64,000 nt of DNA from Schmidtea polychroa (GCA_044892525.1 CM097885.1:15626001-15690000); one strand, 5' to 3'; shown: positions 28,470-42,990, counted from the stretch's first letter. Program-made: numbers and translations. Notes: generated from the letters alone by a model not told the origin.

Positions 28470-29330
28470 AAAGCAATCAAACACTTCCAACATTTATTCG
28501 AAGGACGAAACTTAAAAATATTCACAGATCACAAACCGCTAACTAACGCAATCATAATAAAGAACCCCTCACCAAGTCAAATTAGACAATTCAACTTCAT
28601 TTTACAATTTAACTGCACAATAAACTACGTAGCGGGAAAATAAACATAGCAGCTGACGCTCTATCAAGAAACGAAAGTGACATAAACTCCCTGGAATTCG
28701 AAAACATAATCAAATTGGATCAAATTAAATCCAAACAAAACGAAACAATTAACAAACTTCCCACTAAACACAGTTTGAAACTACAAGAACTCAACGGAGT
28801 ATGGCACGACGTCTCCAACAAAAGCAACAAACGAATATTACTTCAGGAGGAATTCCGTGAAAACTGCATCGAAAAGATACACAAGATTAATCACTCTGGA
28901 AACAAAGTAACATTCGAACTAATAAACAACAATTATATATGGCCTAAAATGCGGAAAGACATCAAAAACTACGTCAAGAGAGTTCACAGCTGCCAGTTAA
29001 ATAAAACAACAAAAAACTCAAACCTCTAAAAGTAAACTTCCCAAGCAGCGAAGTCTTCTAAACAATACACACAGATATTGTAGGACCACTACCACCAAAA
29101 GACAACTACAAATACCTGTTGACAATTATAGACAGCAAATCCAACTGGTTCGAAGTAATCCCAATAGAAGAAATCACCGCAAAAAATATATGTGAAATGA
29201 TCGAATTAAATTGAATAGCTTGTTATGGCCAACCGAAAACATTCATAACCGATCAAGACAGACAGTTCGAATCAGAAATGTTCAAAATACTCTGCAACAA
29301 ATACAACATCAAAAAGAACCGAACAACAGC
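28470..29330 (+). mobile_element. Degenerate Gypsy RNase H-integrase fragment (paralog of 215-1887)
   Basis: AIKHFQHLFEGR, FTDHKPL, ADALSR and HTDIVGPLP motifs with stops. Confidence 0.85.
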
Positions 29331-30179
29331 TTTCTTTGCAGTATTGGGCCAGAACGACTGGAAAACCTTTAATTCCCTTGTATATCTCCTCAACTGACTT
29401 CTATATATCCAAAACTTCGTAACCTAGAATATCTTTTTTTCTAACTACAATAATAACTAAAAAAAGGAAAATTACAACACATTTATAACGAACATTCATT
29501 TAATTTTTGATGTTGCACAAGTCTAATAAGAATCCATAGAGTTACAGAATTACATCAAGTCTGAAATTTGAGTCGTCTAAATCAGCATTAAAGAAAATAT
29601 AAGGCTGCTGGGCCAGTGTGATGGTGGATTGGGTTGTACTTGTTGAAGGCATTGGAGGGATTAATTGGAGAATTAATAGCGGCTAACTCGGCTAGCCATC
29701 GGGCATTTGCCCGCTGTCGGCGCAGTCTGTGGGTCTCTGCGTATTGATTTCAATTTGCCGGAGATGGAGTCGCTATTGGTACTGGTACTACGGAAACTGG
29801 TTGGGGCGTTGGAACTTGAGTTGTTTAAACAGGTTCTACTACACCACTGCTGGGAGGTAAGTGATGACTGAAGATCACATCTAAGTTCATTAAGGCCGCT
29901 CCTTGTGTGATTCGAGCTTCCAATTATTTTGCCGTGTACATCTTGGGCAACGGCTCATGTTTTTTTCTAATTACTAACCGTTGCGCCAGACTTTCCGTTA
30001 CAATTTCCTGTCTAGTCCAGTCTAAGTGAAAGATGCGCTGATGTAATGTATGGGCCTTATCTGGTGAGAACCAAGTTGCCTCAAACTGATTTAGTCCTTT
30101 TGGTTTTCTTCTCGGTTGCTTCCTTAATTTCTGGATTTATTCTGTCAAATGTACCTCTCTGGGTGAAAGAGTTTTATTA

Positions 30180-30705
30180 GCCTAAGTTGGAAGCTTTTGC
30201 CATTTAAAGATGGGAAATTTAACTGATGAAAGTTATACGCTTCACACATTTCAAAGAGGAATTTGAAGTCATCACTCCAACCAGGGTTTTCACTCGGTGT
30301 GAGTGTCTCTTCTCTTCTATATTATCGCTCAAGAATTTCATATTCGCTGGAAACGGATTAAATAAAACTATAGTTCATATTGGGCTTGACCGAACGTGTC
30401 GGGACACAATAATCAAGCAAATGGCGAATAATCAGGTCAAGTACATGGCTTTGGCAACCGATAAACTGTGGTTTTTCTAATATTTTCCTTTCGAACTCTC
30501 TTTGAATTCGAATTACACTCCATTTGTTAACAGATGTCGTGTCACACGATCATTTGAATATTTTTCCAAGCATCAAACTTGTCTAACAAATTCGTCATTG
30601 AATCAAAAATAACGTCTGCTGAGCCACTTTGGCAAATGAGAATTCCCAGGTTCAAATAGCGATAATTTAGACCTGACGCTTTCGTTTCGTTGCTGTTGAT
30701 ATAAG
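30180..30705 (-). mobile_element. hATm-like transposase fragment
   Basis: Minus-strand translation gives LLDKFDAWKNIQMIV.DTTSVN, PQFIGCQSHVLDLIIRH and NPGWSDDFKFLFE, interrupted by stops. Family assignment is from recalled motifs. Confidence 0.6.
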
Positions 30706-32373
30706 TGTAGCCATCCAAATATTAAAATATAAAATGTTTTAATATTAGGATAGTTTGTTTAAATATTCAAACATTGTTATTAAAATATAATTTGAAATGT
30801 CAGCGTAACCATGAACGGTGCGATGGAAGCCTTCAACCAATATCATTTTTCTCAAGGAAACTCAGCTCAACAGAACAAAAATATTCAACATTTGACAGAG
30901 AGCTGCTTGCAGTTTACCTGTCCGTTAAAAATTTTAAGCACTACCTGGAATCAAACGAATTCTGTCTAAAAACTGATCATAAGCCGCTCATTCACATGAG
31001 TTCGATGAAAAACCCTTCAAATCGTCAATGGCGATGGATCAACTACATTTACCAGTTTAACTTCAACATTCATCACACAAGAGGTCAAGACAATCAAGTT
31101 GCTGACTTTCTATCGCGACAAAGGGAGACAGAACCTCAAGAAGCCATAGTTAATAATATCAAGCTAACAGAATTAATTATCCAACAAAAAGACGAATCCT
31201 TTATTAAATCACTGAAATCAACGACTTTGAAGTTACAGGAAACTGAAAATGGCGTTCTTGTTGATGTCAACAACAACATCGTCAGGATAATTCTACCCGA
31301 AGTCTTTAGACGGCTAGAATTCAACCGTCTACATAACAGGCGCCACCCTGGGGCAAATGCGACGATCAAAATGATTAAACAGAAATATGTTTGGCCAAAA
31401 ATGAGAAGTCAGATACGTAAATGGTGTAAAGAATGCGAATCATGCCAAAAGAACAAGATAAATAGACATACTAAATCAAAACTAGGACAACTACCAGACA
31501 GAGGTAAATTTAAAATAATTCATATTGACATAGTAGGTCCATTGCCCTCAGTCAACAACAAAAGGTTTCTTTTGACAATCATTGACAGATTCTCCTCATG
31601 GCCGGAAGCTTTTGCAATAAATGAAATAAACAGCTCAAGCATAGTTAATATACTCGAAAAAGAATGGATTCCTCGATATGGAGCGCCAGAAATTGTCATT
31701 ACTGACAATGGCAGACAATTTGTCTCATCAACTTTCAAGGAGCTGTGCTCAAAATATGCCATCGAACATCGACATACAACTGCATACCATCCTCAGTGTA
31801 ATGGCAAAGTCGAAAGATGGCACAGAACATTAAAAGCAGCTCTTCGAACACATTCCGACAATGCCAATAGAAGTTGGGCTAACGACATACCGGCAGTTAT
31901 GCTTGGCTTAAGAAACGTCACATCAGAAGAAACCGGTCTATCACCAATGCAAGCGGTTTTTGGAACCGATTCCAGAATGCCAGGTGACATCGTACTAAAA
32001 AAATTGAAGAAACGCAAATGCAACGAAAGGTCATACTTTCCGAAAGAATTAAAAACATGCAGTCACGTATGGATGGTCAAAGAATCAAGGTCTTCCCTTC
32101 AACCAATATATGAAGGACGCTTCAAGGTCATTAGTCGCAGTGAAGATTTCAAAACATATCAAATTGAACAAAATTCAAAGATAGTCAGAGTCTCAGTTGA
32201 CAGACTAAAAGCCGCATTTTCAAGTTAAGATACTCCATAATCTACGTTGGGGGTTTATGTAGCCATCCAAATATTAAAATATAAAATGTTTTAATATTAG
32301 GATAGTTTGTTTAAATATTCAAACATTGTTATTAAAATATAATTTGAAATGTCAGCGTGTTCTTCTCCCAACA
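30706..32373 (+). mobile_element. Internally deleted Gypsy element with very short LTRs
   Basis: Identical 101-bp repeats at 30706-30806 and 32258-32358, 3' LTR TG...CA (116 bp), PPT-like GGGGG upstream of it, and 5-bp TSD ATAAG (30701-30705, 32374-32378). Confidence 0.88.
30774..32228 (+). CDS. Gypsy pol C-terminus: partial RNase H, integrase zinc finger and DDE core
   Basis: FFSRKLS..EQKYSTFDRELLA, TDHKPL, ADFLSR, H..HPG...C..CQ, HIDIVGPLP, TDNGRQF and YHPQCNGKVER in one open frame. No native start codon. Confidence 0.9.
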   Translation: MLLKYNLKCQRNHERCDGSLQPISFFSRKLSSTEQKYSTFDRELLAVYLSVKNFKHYLESNEFCLKTDHKPLIHMSSMKNPSNRQWRWINYIYQFNFNIHHTRGQDNQVADFLSRQRETEPQEAIVNNIKLTELIIQQKDESFIKSLKSTTLKLQETENGVLVDVNNNIVRIILPEVFRRLEFNRLHNRRHPGANATIKMIKQKYVWPKMRSQIRKWCKECESCQKNKINRHTKSKLGQLPDRGKFKIIHIDIVGPLPSVNNKRFLLTIIDRFSSWPEAFAINEINSSSIVNILEKEWIPRYGAPEIVITDNGRQFVSSTFKELCSKYAIEHRHTTAYHPQCNGKVERWHRTLKAALRTHSDNANRSWANDIPAVMLGLRNVTSEETGLSPMQAVFGTDSRMPGDIVLKKLKKRKCNERSYFPKELKTCSHVWMVKESRSSLQPIYEGRFKVISRSEDFKTYQIEQNSKIVRVSVDRLKAAFSS

Positions 32374-33442
32374 ATAAGTTTAAATGAACTCCCAATTTTG
32401 GAAGTTTTTGATAAAGTAATGAGAATGGAATTGAAAGAGCGAGAAAATAAACATTATTTAAACAACATTCTATAATATAGGATTCCTATATATGACACAA
32501 TTAGCTCTTTTCAGCTGAAATCAGAACTTTATTTTTAAACGTTATTAATCAGATAAATTAAGAATTATCACATTATTGTTACTCTGTTTCCATTATAGAA
32601 TTGGAGGCATAGAATGGTAAACAACGACAATCTGGTAGGACAGTTTCTTAAATGTAACATTTAGCTTGGAAATTAGGGTTTTTAAATAGGAATATTAACT
32701 AGAAAATCTAAAAAAACACCTAGATCACACTTTGCCATATAATTTTTAGATCCTTATGAGAGCGCCACGGTTTTTCAAAATTTAATAACCCCGACAGCAA
32801 AAATGCGATTTACAAAAAAATGTTTGCTTTACAGGCAAGCATTGCTATTTTATATACGACTCTATTTAATGATGAGAGCAATTATCTCAACATATCACAA
32901 TTATAATAGCGATATAGATGTTATTAATATAATAAAGATATAAATGGCAGAGATCAATTATGATATAAATCGGAACCACAGCCACAATAGAACGACTAAA
33001 TAACACTGATCGTAATCATACAAAGATGATAGTCATGAAAGTGGGAATAATCATAATAGTACTGGTAGGTTTCAGGTAAACTATATTTTACACTCTAGTA
33101 TTGTAGTAGGAACCCAAAAAGCTTTACCATTCAACACCCGTTACGTGAAACTTTGGCAATAAACCGGATAGGAATAAGTCAGAGAATCGGTAACTCCTCC
33201 ATATTAATTATTTAATTCCTGTAAAGTACATTGATTTCATAAACATAACAGCCTGTTTCATGTAACTCGTGCGACTGTCAAGCAAACATTAATAAAATCT
33301 AAAACCAACAAAAATCAAAAAATACAGAAGAAACGTTTATTTACAAATTGTAAGCTTAAATAATCGTTTAAAATATACGCGGCATTTGTACAGATCCAAT
33401 CGCATCATCCAATAGAATTGTGTATCACCGACACAAAATGTG

Positions 33443-33478
<36 letters not shown>

Positions 33479-33993
33479 TATAGAAAGGGCAATAAAAACA
33501 GTACAAATCAAAAATATTAAAATTCTATTTAGTTCAATTAAAAATGTATATAATTATTAATAATAATGATAATATCATGGTAACCAGGGAGGAGCATAGA
33601 TACATATATATGTACACGTACCGCTGCTAGATGATGGTGTAAATATATCCCAGTGCTATAAGGCGCTGCTGTCCATACCAGTGATGGGTGATACCGATGT
33701 GTTGCTATTACCGTTGCTAATCATCATCATCATCATCATAATAATAATAATAGTTATTACAAGCACAGATCATTACAACCATATATACATATACATCACA
33801 GGCCAAATGGCTTCAATAAATCCACACAAACACATATCATATTATATTATATATTATATATCATATCATTCTCTCTGGCAGCCCCTCATCTGAATTTCGC
33901 TTCGATGACAACCATTTTCTTTTTAGATCTGGACTTACCAGATTTAGTTTTTGAATTGTTGACAGCTGGTGGTGGAGTAGTTTTTTCAATGTC

Positions 33994-34058
<65 letters not shown>

Positions 34059-35969
34059 TAAAAAAAATTAATTAATTTTATAATAAAATAATAATTAATT
34101 AAATAATAAATAAAATATAAGAAAAATAAATAATAATATTTAAAATAATAAATAGTAATAATTAATAAAATATTATTAAATAAAAATAATTATGAGCGAT
34201 TATTAATTAATGTAAAATATATTAAAAATAATTAATTAATTTTAATAAAATTATAAAAATTTAAATAATAAAATTTTAATAGTAGAGTAATAATAAAATC
34301 GAATTTTTATTATTAAAAAAAAATATTAACAAAATTTAAATAATAGAATATAATTGATATTATTCAGTCTTAATAAAAATAAATAAATAATATTTAAAAT
34401 AATATTTACAAAAAAATTAATATTAATAATTAATAAAATATAATTTAAATTTTAATTTAAAAATAATATATAAAAATAATAAAAAATTAATAATAAAATA
34501 AAAAATATTAATAAAAATACATAAAAACTAATAATATTTAAAATAATTAAAAAAAATATTAATAAAATGTGATTAAATAAAAACAATTGTTTAAGAAAAT
34601 TAAATAATAGTAAGATATTGGAATTGAAAATTTTCAGTCTTAATAATAGTAATTAATTGAAAAAAAAATATATTAAAAATAATTAATTAAAAATATTACG
34701 AACAAAAATTAAATGATAATGGAATTTTTAGTCTTAATAATAATATATTTTAATAATAATTAATTAAATAATGAAATGAATAAAGTAATAATGAAATCTA
34801 TTTTTTCCAGTCTTAATAATAATAATTAATAATAAATAAAATATAATAAAAATTAAAAATAATATATAAAAATAATCAAATAATAAAAAATATTATTAAA
34901 AAATAAATATTAACAAAAATTTAATAATTAGATGAAGTTGATAAATAAAAATACATAAAAACTAATAATATTTAAAATAATACTTACAAAAAAATTAACA
35001 AAAATAAAATAATAAAATGTCATAGAAATTAATAATTAATAAATACAAATAATAATAAAATATATGATTAAATAAAAATGATATAATAGTGAAAATCGAT
35101 AGCTAACCTGCCAAGTGTCCACTGCTTGATAGTCAGAAAGCTCCTGGCGTTTAGCGATAAATTCCAATACAAAATTGCAGGTGAACTTAGAATCGCCCAG
35201 TCACTGGATAGCCATTTCCATAACCTAGAGAAGGAAATCCAAAATCAAATCGAATCGCAACCCCTCGACACCCATTACCTCCTCATTTGGCACCTCCTTT
35301 AACAACTCGATCACAGTATTTAATTCGAACTCTTCGGAGAATTTAGCGAGCCTTTTCAAGCACCATTTAGTCAGCTGATCCACTGATCCGATTTCTTGCT
35401 TATAATTAGACGCAACTGGCGCTTGATGTTATTGTTGCTGCTGTCTATGAACCGGATTGATCGATGGCTATTTCATATTACAATTCCATTCCCCATAAAT
35501 ATATAACCATTTTACTTCGTTTATTTTGTGGTTCTGTGGTTTAGAATTGCACTCGGCCGTTACCACCGCGGCTGGCACCACCACCTTATTATGTACAGGA
35601 ACATCGCTGGGAATCATATCCCAGATCGATTTGCCAACTGGGATCTGTGCGGGTTTGGGTGTCTGCTTCAGCAATGACTCCTTGAATGACTACAAGAACA
35701 GAAATCATCATCTTCTTGTAATTTTATTCAATTCCAATTCATTACTGTCACTTTATTCGTTTCTATTTGATTAACTTTCATTGCTTTTTCTATTTCTTTA
35801 GTTTTCTTGGCTTTCAATGCTTCTTCGGCTTGGATTTCTACAAGTGATTTGGCTGCAGGAGAAACATTTTGAGACAAAGTTTGTCCTGATTTCCAAGTGG
35901 AAGGAGTTTCAGTTTTATTTTGACTGGTCTTTAAATTATTCCATTATAAAGATTTGTATTATAATTACA

Positions 35970-36660
35970 GAATAATTATTGGATTATTATTGAATTATTA
36001 TTGAATAATTATTGGATTAATGAATTATTATTGGATTAATGAATTATTATTGGATTAATGAATTATTATTGGATTAATGAATTATTATTGGATTAATGAA
36101 TTAATATATGATTAATGAATAATTATTGGATTAATGAATTATTATTGGATTATTGATTTATTATTGGATTAATGAATAATTATTGGATTAATGAATTATT
36201 ATTGGATTAATGAATAATTATTGGATTAATGAATAATTATTGGATTAATGAATTATTATTGGATTAATTAATAATTATTGGATTAATGAATAATTATTGG
36301 ATTAATGAATTATTATTGGATTAATGAATTATTATTGGATTAATGAATTATTATTGGATTAATGAATTATTATTGGATTAATGAATTATTATTGGATTAA
36401 TGAATTAATATATGATTAATGGATAATAATTGGATTAATGAATTATTATTGGATTAATGAATAATTATTGGATTAATGAATAATTATTGGATTAATGAAT
36501 TATTATTGGATTAATTAATAATTATTGGATTAATGAATAATTATTGGATTAATGAATTATTATTGGATTAATGAATAATTATTGGATTAATGAATTATTA
36601 TTGGATTAATGAATAATTATTGGAATAATGAATTATTATTGCATTAATGAATTATTTGTG
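35970..36660 (+). repeat. 19-bp minisatellite (AATTATTATTGGATTAATG)n, intronic
   Basis: Direct reading; roughly 35 units. Confidence 0.95.
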
Positions 36661-39600
36661 TTATTTTTAGATTATTTAATTATTAGTGTTATTATTGGAT
36701 TATTGAGCTATTAATGGATTAAAGTAATTACTGTATAAAAAGTGCAAATTTAAAATCAATACAGAGAGAAAAATCCTGATATTGCCCATAATTTATTGAA
36801 ACACGTGGAATTCAACATGCATTTAAATTCCCGACCAATCACATGGAATCACGCGAGAATAACAATAATTTTTGCCCAAAATTTAAATAATATGAAAAAA
36901 ATAAAATCAATTACTTCATTTGATAATTCTAATTTTTTTAAAACTTCATGTTGCTCTTTTGCTATTTTTTCTTTCAAAGTTTCTTCAGCCTGGATTTGCA
37001 GCAAAGATTTTGTTGCAATTACCGGAGGTTTAATCAAAGCTGGCATGTCATTTTTTATAGATTTTTCCTTTTCAGTAAATAACTTAATAAATATAAATTC
37101 AATTGAAATTGGTTCCTAGTTGGTAAATAACAAGATTACTGGAATTTTGTTTGATTCAGACAAATTTGTTGATTTTGATTGCTTGTTTTTTCTATTACCT
37201 ACTTCTACTATTTTCGGTTTTACTGTTCCATCAACTTTTACTTTTAACTGAGATTCCTTTAGAGTTGGTAATTGTTCTTTTATTGATTTATCGGAATCTT
37301 TCATAACAACAGAACTGTCAGACAATTTATTTTCTGTGCCCATTTGATTGGGTGATTTTTGAGCCTGAGGAGCAGCATTCCAAATTGACTTTACCTGTTC
37401 TACTTTGCAAGTTTCTTTTGGCGAAGTATTTCGTACAACCTATTGGAGAAAATGAAAATAATTGAAGAAAAACTATAACTTAATCAATATCTGCCAGTCT
37501 ATTATAATCAATATTTTACGTATTTTAACTGTTTAATCAATATTTCAATATAACGATAATGCCGAGTAATGGATAAATATTGAAACATAAATTCCAACAT
37601 AAATATCGATCTACACAATTCTAATATCAGATATTGTGCAGATCAGACTTGAATATATATATTTTGATCAGATTTGAAAGTAACTGTGATATAGGAAATA
37701 ATATAAATCTATAATTACATTGGCTAAAATTTAGTTTTGATAAATATGATAAATACTCGACAAAGATTACATTTAAATGGGATTGGTAACTGAAGTACGA
37801 GAAAGCAAATATAGAAATTTTAATTTACTGGTCATTAACACAACACCAAAAAAGATTGCCAAATTCAGATTAAAAATTATTGTGTTGAATAGCGAAAAAT
37901 AGCGATTTAATTTTGATCAATAGACGTGATGAAAATAAATGAAATGTTAAAATAAAACAAAAGACAGACTTAAGATTAAATATAATTGTAATAGCACCTG
38001 GACACGGATTTATCTTCAAAATAAAAACGACAACAAGGCAAAAAGTATTTGTTCCAAAGAGAAAATAGTATCCAATTAAAAAATTATCCTTCCAATGCCT
38101 ATTTTTGGTACAATTAATCTTTTTTGTGTTTTCAATTTCAATTATTTTAAAATTTCAATTATTTTCAATGAATTTTATTTAGCAATAAATGAAATTTTGA
38201 TCTATAATCGTAATCAAAATAAATGAAATGTTAAAAAAATAAAAACAGAAAAGGATTTTATAGATAATATCAATAAAATAATATTTTTTAAAAAATTAAA
38301 GATAAATATGATAAATTGAAAAACCATAAGAAAATAATTGAAATTGCCTCAAATTAATAAATTATCCTTCCAATGCCTATTTTTGGTACAATGAATCTTT
38401 TTTTGTATATAATAAATTATTGGGTAATTTATTAATAAAAAAATTGATTTATTTTAAATATAAATCAATTTTAATTATTTTAAAATTTCATTTATTTTCA
38501 TTACAACGTCAGATCAAAAATTATTGTTGAATAGCAATAAATGAAATTTTGATCTATAATCGTAATCAAAATAAGTGAAATGTTAAAAAAATAAAAACAG
38601 AGAAAAGGTGAACAGAGTAAAGGATTTTATGGATAATAAGAACTTTTTTTTTTCAAATTTCACCACTAATTTATTTTCCATTATATTTATAAAAAGAAGA
38701 GCTTGAAGAATATGAATCAGTAAATTTATCAAAAACATCGATATATTTTCAGGCTTTTTAATAAATATTTTATATAGGGAATGGAATAATGGGGGCATTT
38801 CAATTGTAACAATCTATATCAACACCTGGTATTCTGAGATAATCATTGATGTATATTGTTCCTCTCCTCTTACTTGATTGGTTTCAGTGATTACATAGAA
38901 GGGAATATGCATACTTTTTAGGATTTTAGTATATTTAGTTATTTCAACAATCAAAAAGTTAATTAAATTCATTTTATGATATTGTTAGAAATTGTTATAT
39001 AAGTAATAAAGTAAGGGCAAACTATGGAATATATAATATAAATCATTAATTTTATTGTGTTAGTATAATTTCTTATTGGAGTCAGTATAAAATTCCTACC
39101 GTTGGTTGAATTTCCGGCTCATTGGATTTCTTTTCTTTTTTCATTTTAATACTTTCTTCCGCCTGTATTTGGATAAATGATGTGGAAATTGCGGTTGGAG
39201 TGGTTTTCACTGGACCCCATATTGATGGTGAATCAGATTTTCGATTTTCCAATTCAATTCTTATTGGTCTAACCTGAACAAACTTAATTTCAATAATGAC
39301 TTAGAGAAAATGAATTCTGGTTTTATGTAACACCTGTGATCGATTAATTAATAGTTCTGACCCTGGAAATAATAGTCACTTTTCAATGCAATCGATGTCC
39401 TATCTGACACTTAATTTTATAAATGATTTTTATTAAATCAATCATTATAAAAAAGTTATAAGAAAAAATAATATATTGTGATCAGTTATAACTCCTCAAG
39501 CTCATTTAATAATCATTTAAAATTTAAGCAGTTACTGTCTTAAATTTTAGGTTTAAAAATGCAATTGATACAAGTAAAATTCAATTTATGCCATCAATAT

Positions 39601-39808
39601 TATCAAAATTTATGAAATTCCTACATTATCAGTTCAATAATTATTGATTTAATTGTGAAAATATTGACAAATTATTAAATTTTTAAATTCTACATGCTTT
39701 TCATATTTGAGGTTCTTCATTTCCTTCAAATGGTAAAATTTTTGCTAAAATCCTTTTTTTGATTTATTTTCTTAGTACGTAATTTTTAAATTTCTACCTC
39801 AAATACAA

Positions 39809-39846
<38 letters not shown>

Positions 39847-39948
39847 AGATTTGAGTTTCTTCATTTCCTTCTTTAAATCGATCAAATGGTAAATTGCTCA
39901 ATCTTTTTGGTAAAATCCTTTTTATTGATTTATTTTATTAATACTTAA

Positions 39949-40180
39949 CCCTTTCGCACCGACTTTCCGCTAATGACACTATGCTAAATTTATATATTGG
40001 AACTTGTTAATATTGACCTAAATATGAAATATTCTCATTTTTGTAATCGTGGCGCTTCTGAATATCCTAGAAAGTCCTGGGATAATAAGTCCCAATAGGC
40101 TTTTATGGACCATTCAAAATATCCCAGTAGGATCATGATGAAAGTTTCCGGGACGTATTGTCCCAATAGAGGCGAAAGGG
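39949..40180. mobile_element. piggyBac-type MITE
   Basis: TTAA on both sides; TIR CCCTTTCGC / GCGAAAGGG. Confidence 0.85.
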
Positions 40181-41397
40181 TTAATATTTAAATCTCAAAT
40201 TTATATATTGTTGTTATAAATCGCTTTCCGTGTTTAATAAAATGGATTAAATTGAACTGCACTAGATTATAATTCTGCACAATTGTTTCCTGTAAACTGT
40301 TATTGATTTAATTTCCATTTGAATCATTTATAAAATCAATCAATTTAGATCAAAATGTTTAATAAATTAATTTGAATGGAAAATTACAAACTGAAAAAAA
40401 ATTTTTAAATTCAAAATTTTTTAATTGATTAATAAATATTGATTCCAAGGAAAAATGTTAAAAATATTAAATTAAAAGAATATATAATAATTGGATATTG
40501 ATATTAATAGATATTAGTGGATATCAATCGATATTAATTGATATTATTGGATATTAATAGATATCAATGAATATCAATCGATATTAGTGGATATTAATTG
40601 ATATTAGGATAATAAACAATGTAATATCGAGAAATAAAAATCAAATTAAAACTAACTTTTGATATATTGTCATTTTCTTTTCCAGTTGCAGTTATCACTG
40701 AATCCCTTGGTATGATAAGTAACCTGCTGTCTGTTGGCTGTTCAGGTGGTTTTGCTTCAGGAATGGGAGTTATCTTCTTTTCCTCCTTTACAGTTCTACT
40801 GTATTAATCAATTTATATGGATTTTTACACGTTTTAGTATTAATACTTGTTTACTTAAGCTTTTGTTCTTTTGTTTTACTTTTGAATTTTGGCTTCTTTT
40901 GATGAGAACCATTTATTAGATTCATCTGTTACATTCAATATTTGTTCAATGTTAGATTCATCGATTTCCCATTTATCAACAACTGGTTCCAACTTCGGTT
41001 CCAAGACAACTGGACTCCTCAAAAAAAATAACAAGCAAAAACCATCAAATTTATACAATTAAAAATACTAAAATAGCACTAACTAACGCAGATGACAAAA
41101 GGGTTTGGGTGGGGAAAAATACTAGTTTAGCATATGGGCATGTAAGATTAAGTCAATTAAATGTTGGAGAAGATGATGAAGAATTTGATGAAGAAGATGT
41201 TGGAGAAGATGTTGGAGAAGTTGTTGGTGAAGATGATATTGATATTGATGACATTATTTTATCTGACGAAGATTGATTTTATTAAATAAAATTTTATATC
41301 TTTACTTTGTTCTTTTTATGTGTTTGGTAAATTTTTATGTTTGTTATGTGTCTAGTTATTTTTATGTGTTTAGTTAATTTTTAGGTGTTGCATAGTA

Positions 41398-41625
41398 CAC
41401 TCATACCTCGCTATACGGCTGCTCTTTATACGGCTTTTCGCTATAACGGCCTACTTTATTTACGGCACTTTTTCGATTTACGGCCTAAAATGTTTCGTTA
41501 TACGGCCAAAAATCCTATTGAATTGTATATGGAATTGTATCAAAATATTTGATTCGTTATGCGACGTTTCGCTTTGCGGCCAACTTTCCTGGAACGTATC
41601 TAGGCCGTAAAGCGAGGTATGAGTG
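41398..41625. mobile_element. Tc1/mariner-pogo type MITE
   Basis: TA on both sides; 22-bp TIR CACTCATACCTCGCT(A/T)TACGGC. Confidence 0.88.
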
Positions 41626-41638
41626 TATTTGGTTGAAA

Positions 41639-41701
<63 letters not shown>

Positions 41702-41703
<2 letters not shown>

Positions 41704-42990
41704 GTGATGTACCGGGTACCCGGAAATTACCCGGCATACCCGGCAATATTTTCAGTACCTGCAATTACCTGGATCTGGTGCTGGGTATTGGGTTTCTTAT
41801 TTGAAATTTGAAAAGAGGATAACATAATAAATGAATGAAAACAAAATACACAAGATTTATTTTAACTAGACATTTTATTAAAAAAATACAATATAAAAAA
41901 TTAAATTTAATAATTAAATCTCAATAATGGGAGATTATAATGCAGAAATAATAATTTCTCTGCGTTGCGTGGAAGAAGTTTATTTCTTCTCTCCTCGTAA
42001 ATAATACCAGCCTCGCTGAACATTCTTTCACTGGGTATGCTACTAGGAGGCGCTGATAGGTATCGTCTAGCCAATTTTGATAGTGTTGGATACATATTTG
42101 CGTTATTTGACCACCAAACCAACGGATTTTCGGTACGAGGAATGTTAGGATGTTTGAGAAAATTTAAAAGTTGAATATTATCTGTTGAACTTCCCACGGT
42201 ATAGGTTTCTTCTTCAATGGATTTATTTTCAAATAAAATTGATCTGTGCAAGCCCACACATCTCCATTTTTATCATGATTATTTTTTCCATGTTCTGCAG
42301 GTTCTCTCTGTTTATTGTCATTGTTTTAATCAATACTTATAGGAGAAACATTATTCATTTCTTCTATAATCCAATTTTTAGCAATAATTTGTGTATCGGG
42401 TTTTAAAAATTTAAGTTTGTAACTGGGATCTAATACCGTAGCTATTATATACAACTTATTCTTTTCCATATTTTCAAATCGAGCCTTTAAAGATTTTAGC
42501 ATTTCTTTTTTCATCGTTTGTGTTCTTTTATCGTGTAGTTTTTTACAGAGAAAGCGCTCTAAGGCAACTACATTTGGTATCACCAACGAAATAAGAGTTT
42601 CCTCTCAACTGGCTTCAACTGTAACGATGTAAAATTGCTCCAATAATTAATTCAAAATTTGCTGCATTCAAGTTTGATATATTGTAATCTGAGGAATATA
42701 GTGTGATGGCATCTTTTTGTTCTAAAGTCCTCTTGAATATATGATACGTCGAATTCCATCTAGTGACTACATCTTGTACTAATTTGTGTTGTGGAAGCGA
42801 ATGTTTGGTTTGTATTTCTTTCAACTTAGTACTACCTACTTGCGAGTGATTAAAATGGGTTACTATATTGCGACACTTTGCGGAAATAGATTTTTGAGAA
42901 TATATGTTATCATGAATTACCAATTGGATGCTATGAATAAAACAGGACTCATTTCTCAAATGGGCAATATTTGATCCACTGATCATAATA
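41702..42990 (-). mobile_element. hAT (ZBED-like) transposase 3' part with terminus
   Basis: CFIHSIQLVI, DVVTRWNST, ATVLDP and NPLVWW...YPTLSKLARRYLSAPPSSIPSERMFS motifs; TAGTGATG terminus abutting (ATT)n. Confidence 0.88.

Larger units (their letters stand above)
20300..29330 (+). repeat. Older segmental duplication block A (paralogous to ~52037-58940)
   Basis: Same order of solo LTR, spacer, TRAF, satellite and Gypsy fragment. Block A has an extra ~2.6 kb (20450-23070); block B has extra spacer sequence. Confidence 0.88.
33889..41254 (-). pseudogene. GIGYF-like (GRB10-interacting GYF protein, C-terminal part) multi-exon pseudogene
   Basis: Three KSL.(E/Q)IQAEE-type motifs; spliced LTKWCLKRL...LLKEVPNEE|VMEMAIQ*LGDSKF..NFVLEFIAKR resembling the GIGYF C-terminal domain; terminal KKKMV. 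In-frame stops near 35201, 35429 and 41153. Confidence 0.6.

Noticed and set aside
35970..36660. CRISPR-like periodic array
   Set aside because: Head-to-tail 19-bp units with no unique spacers, in eukaryotic DNA.
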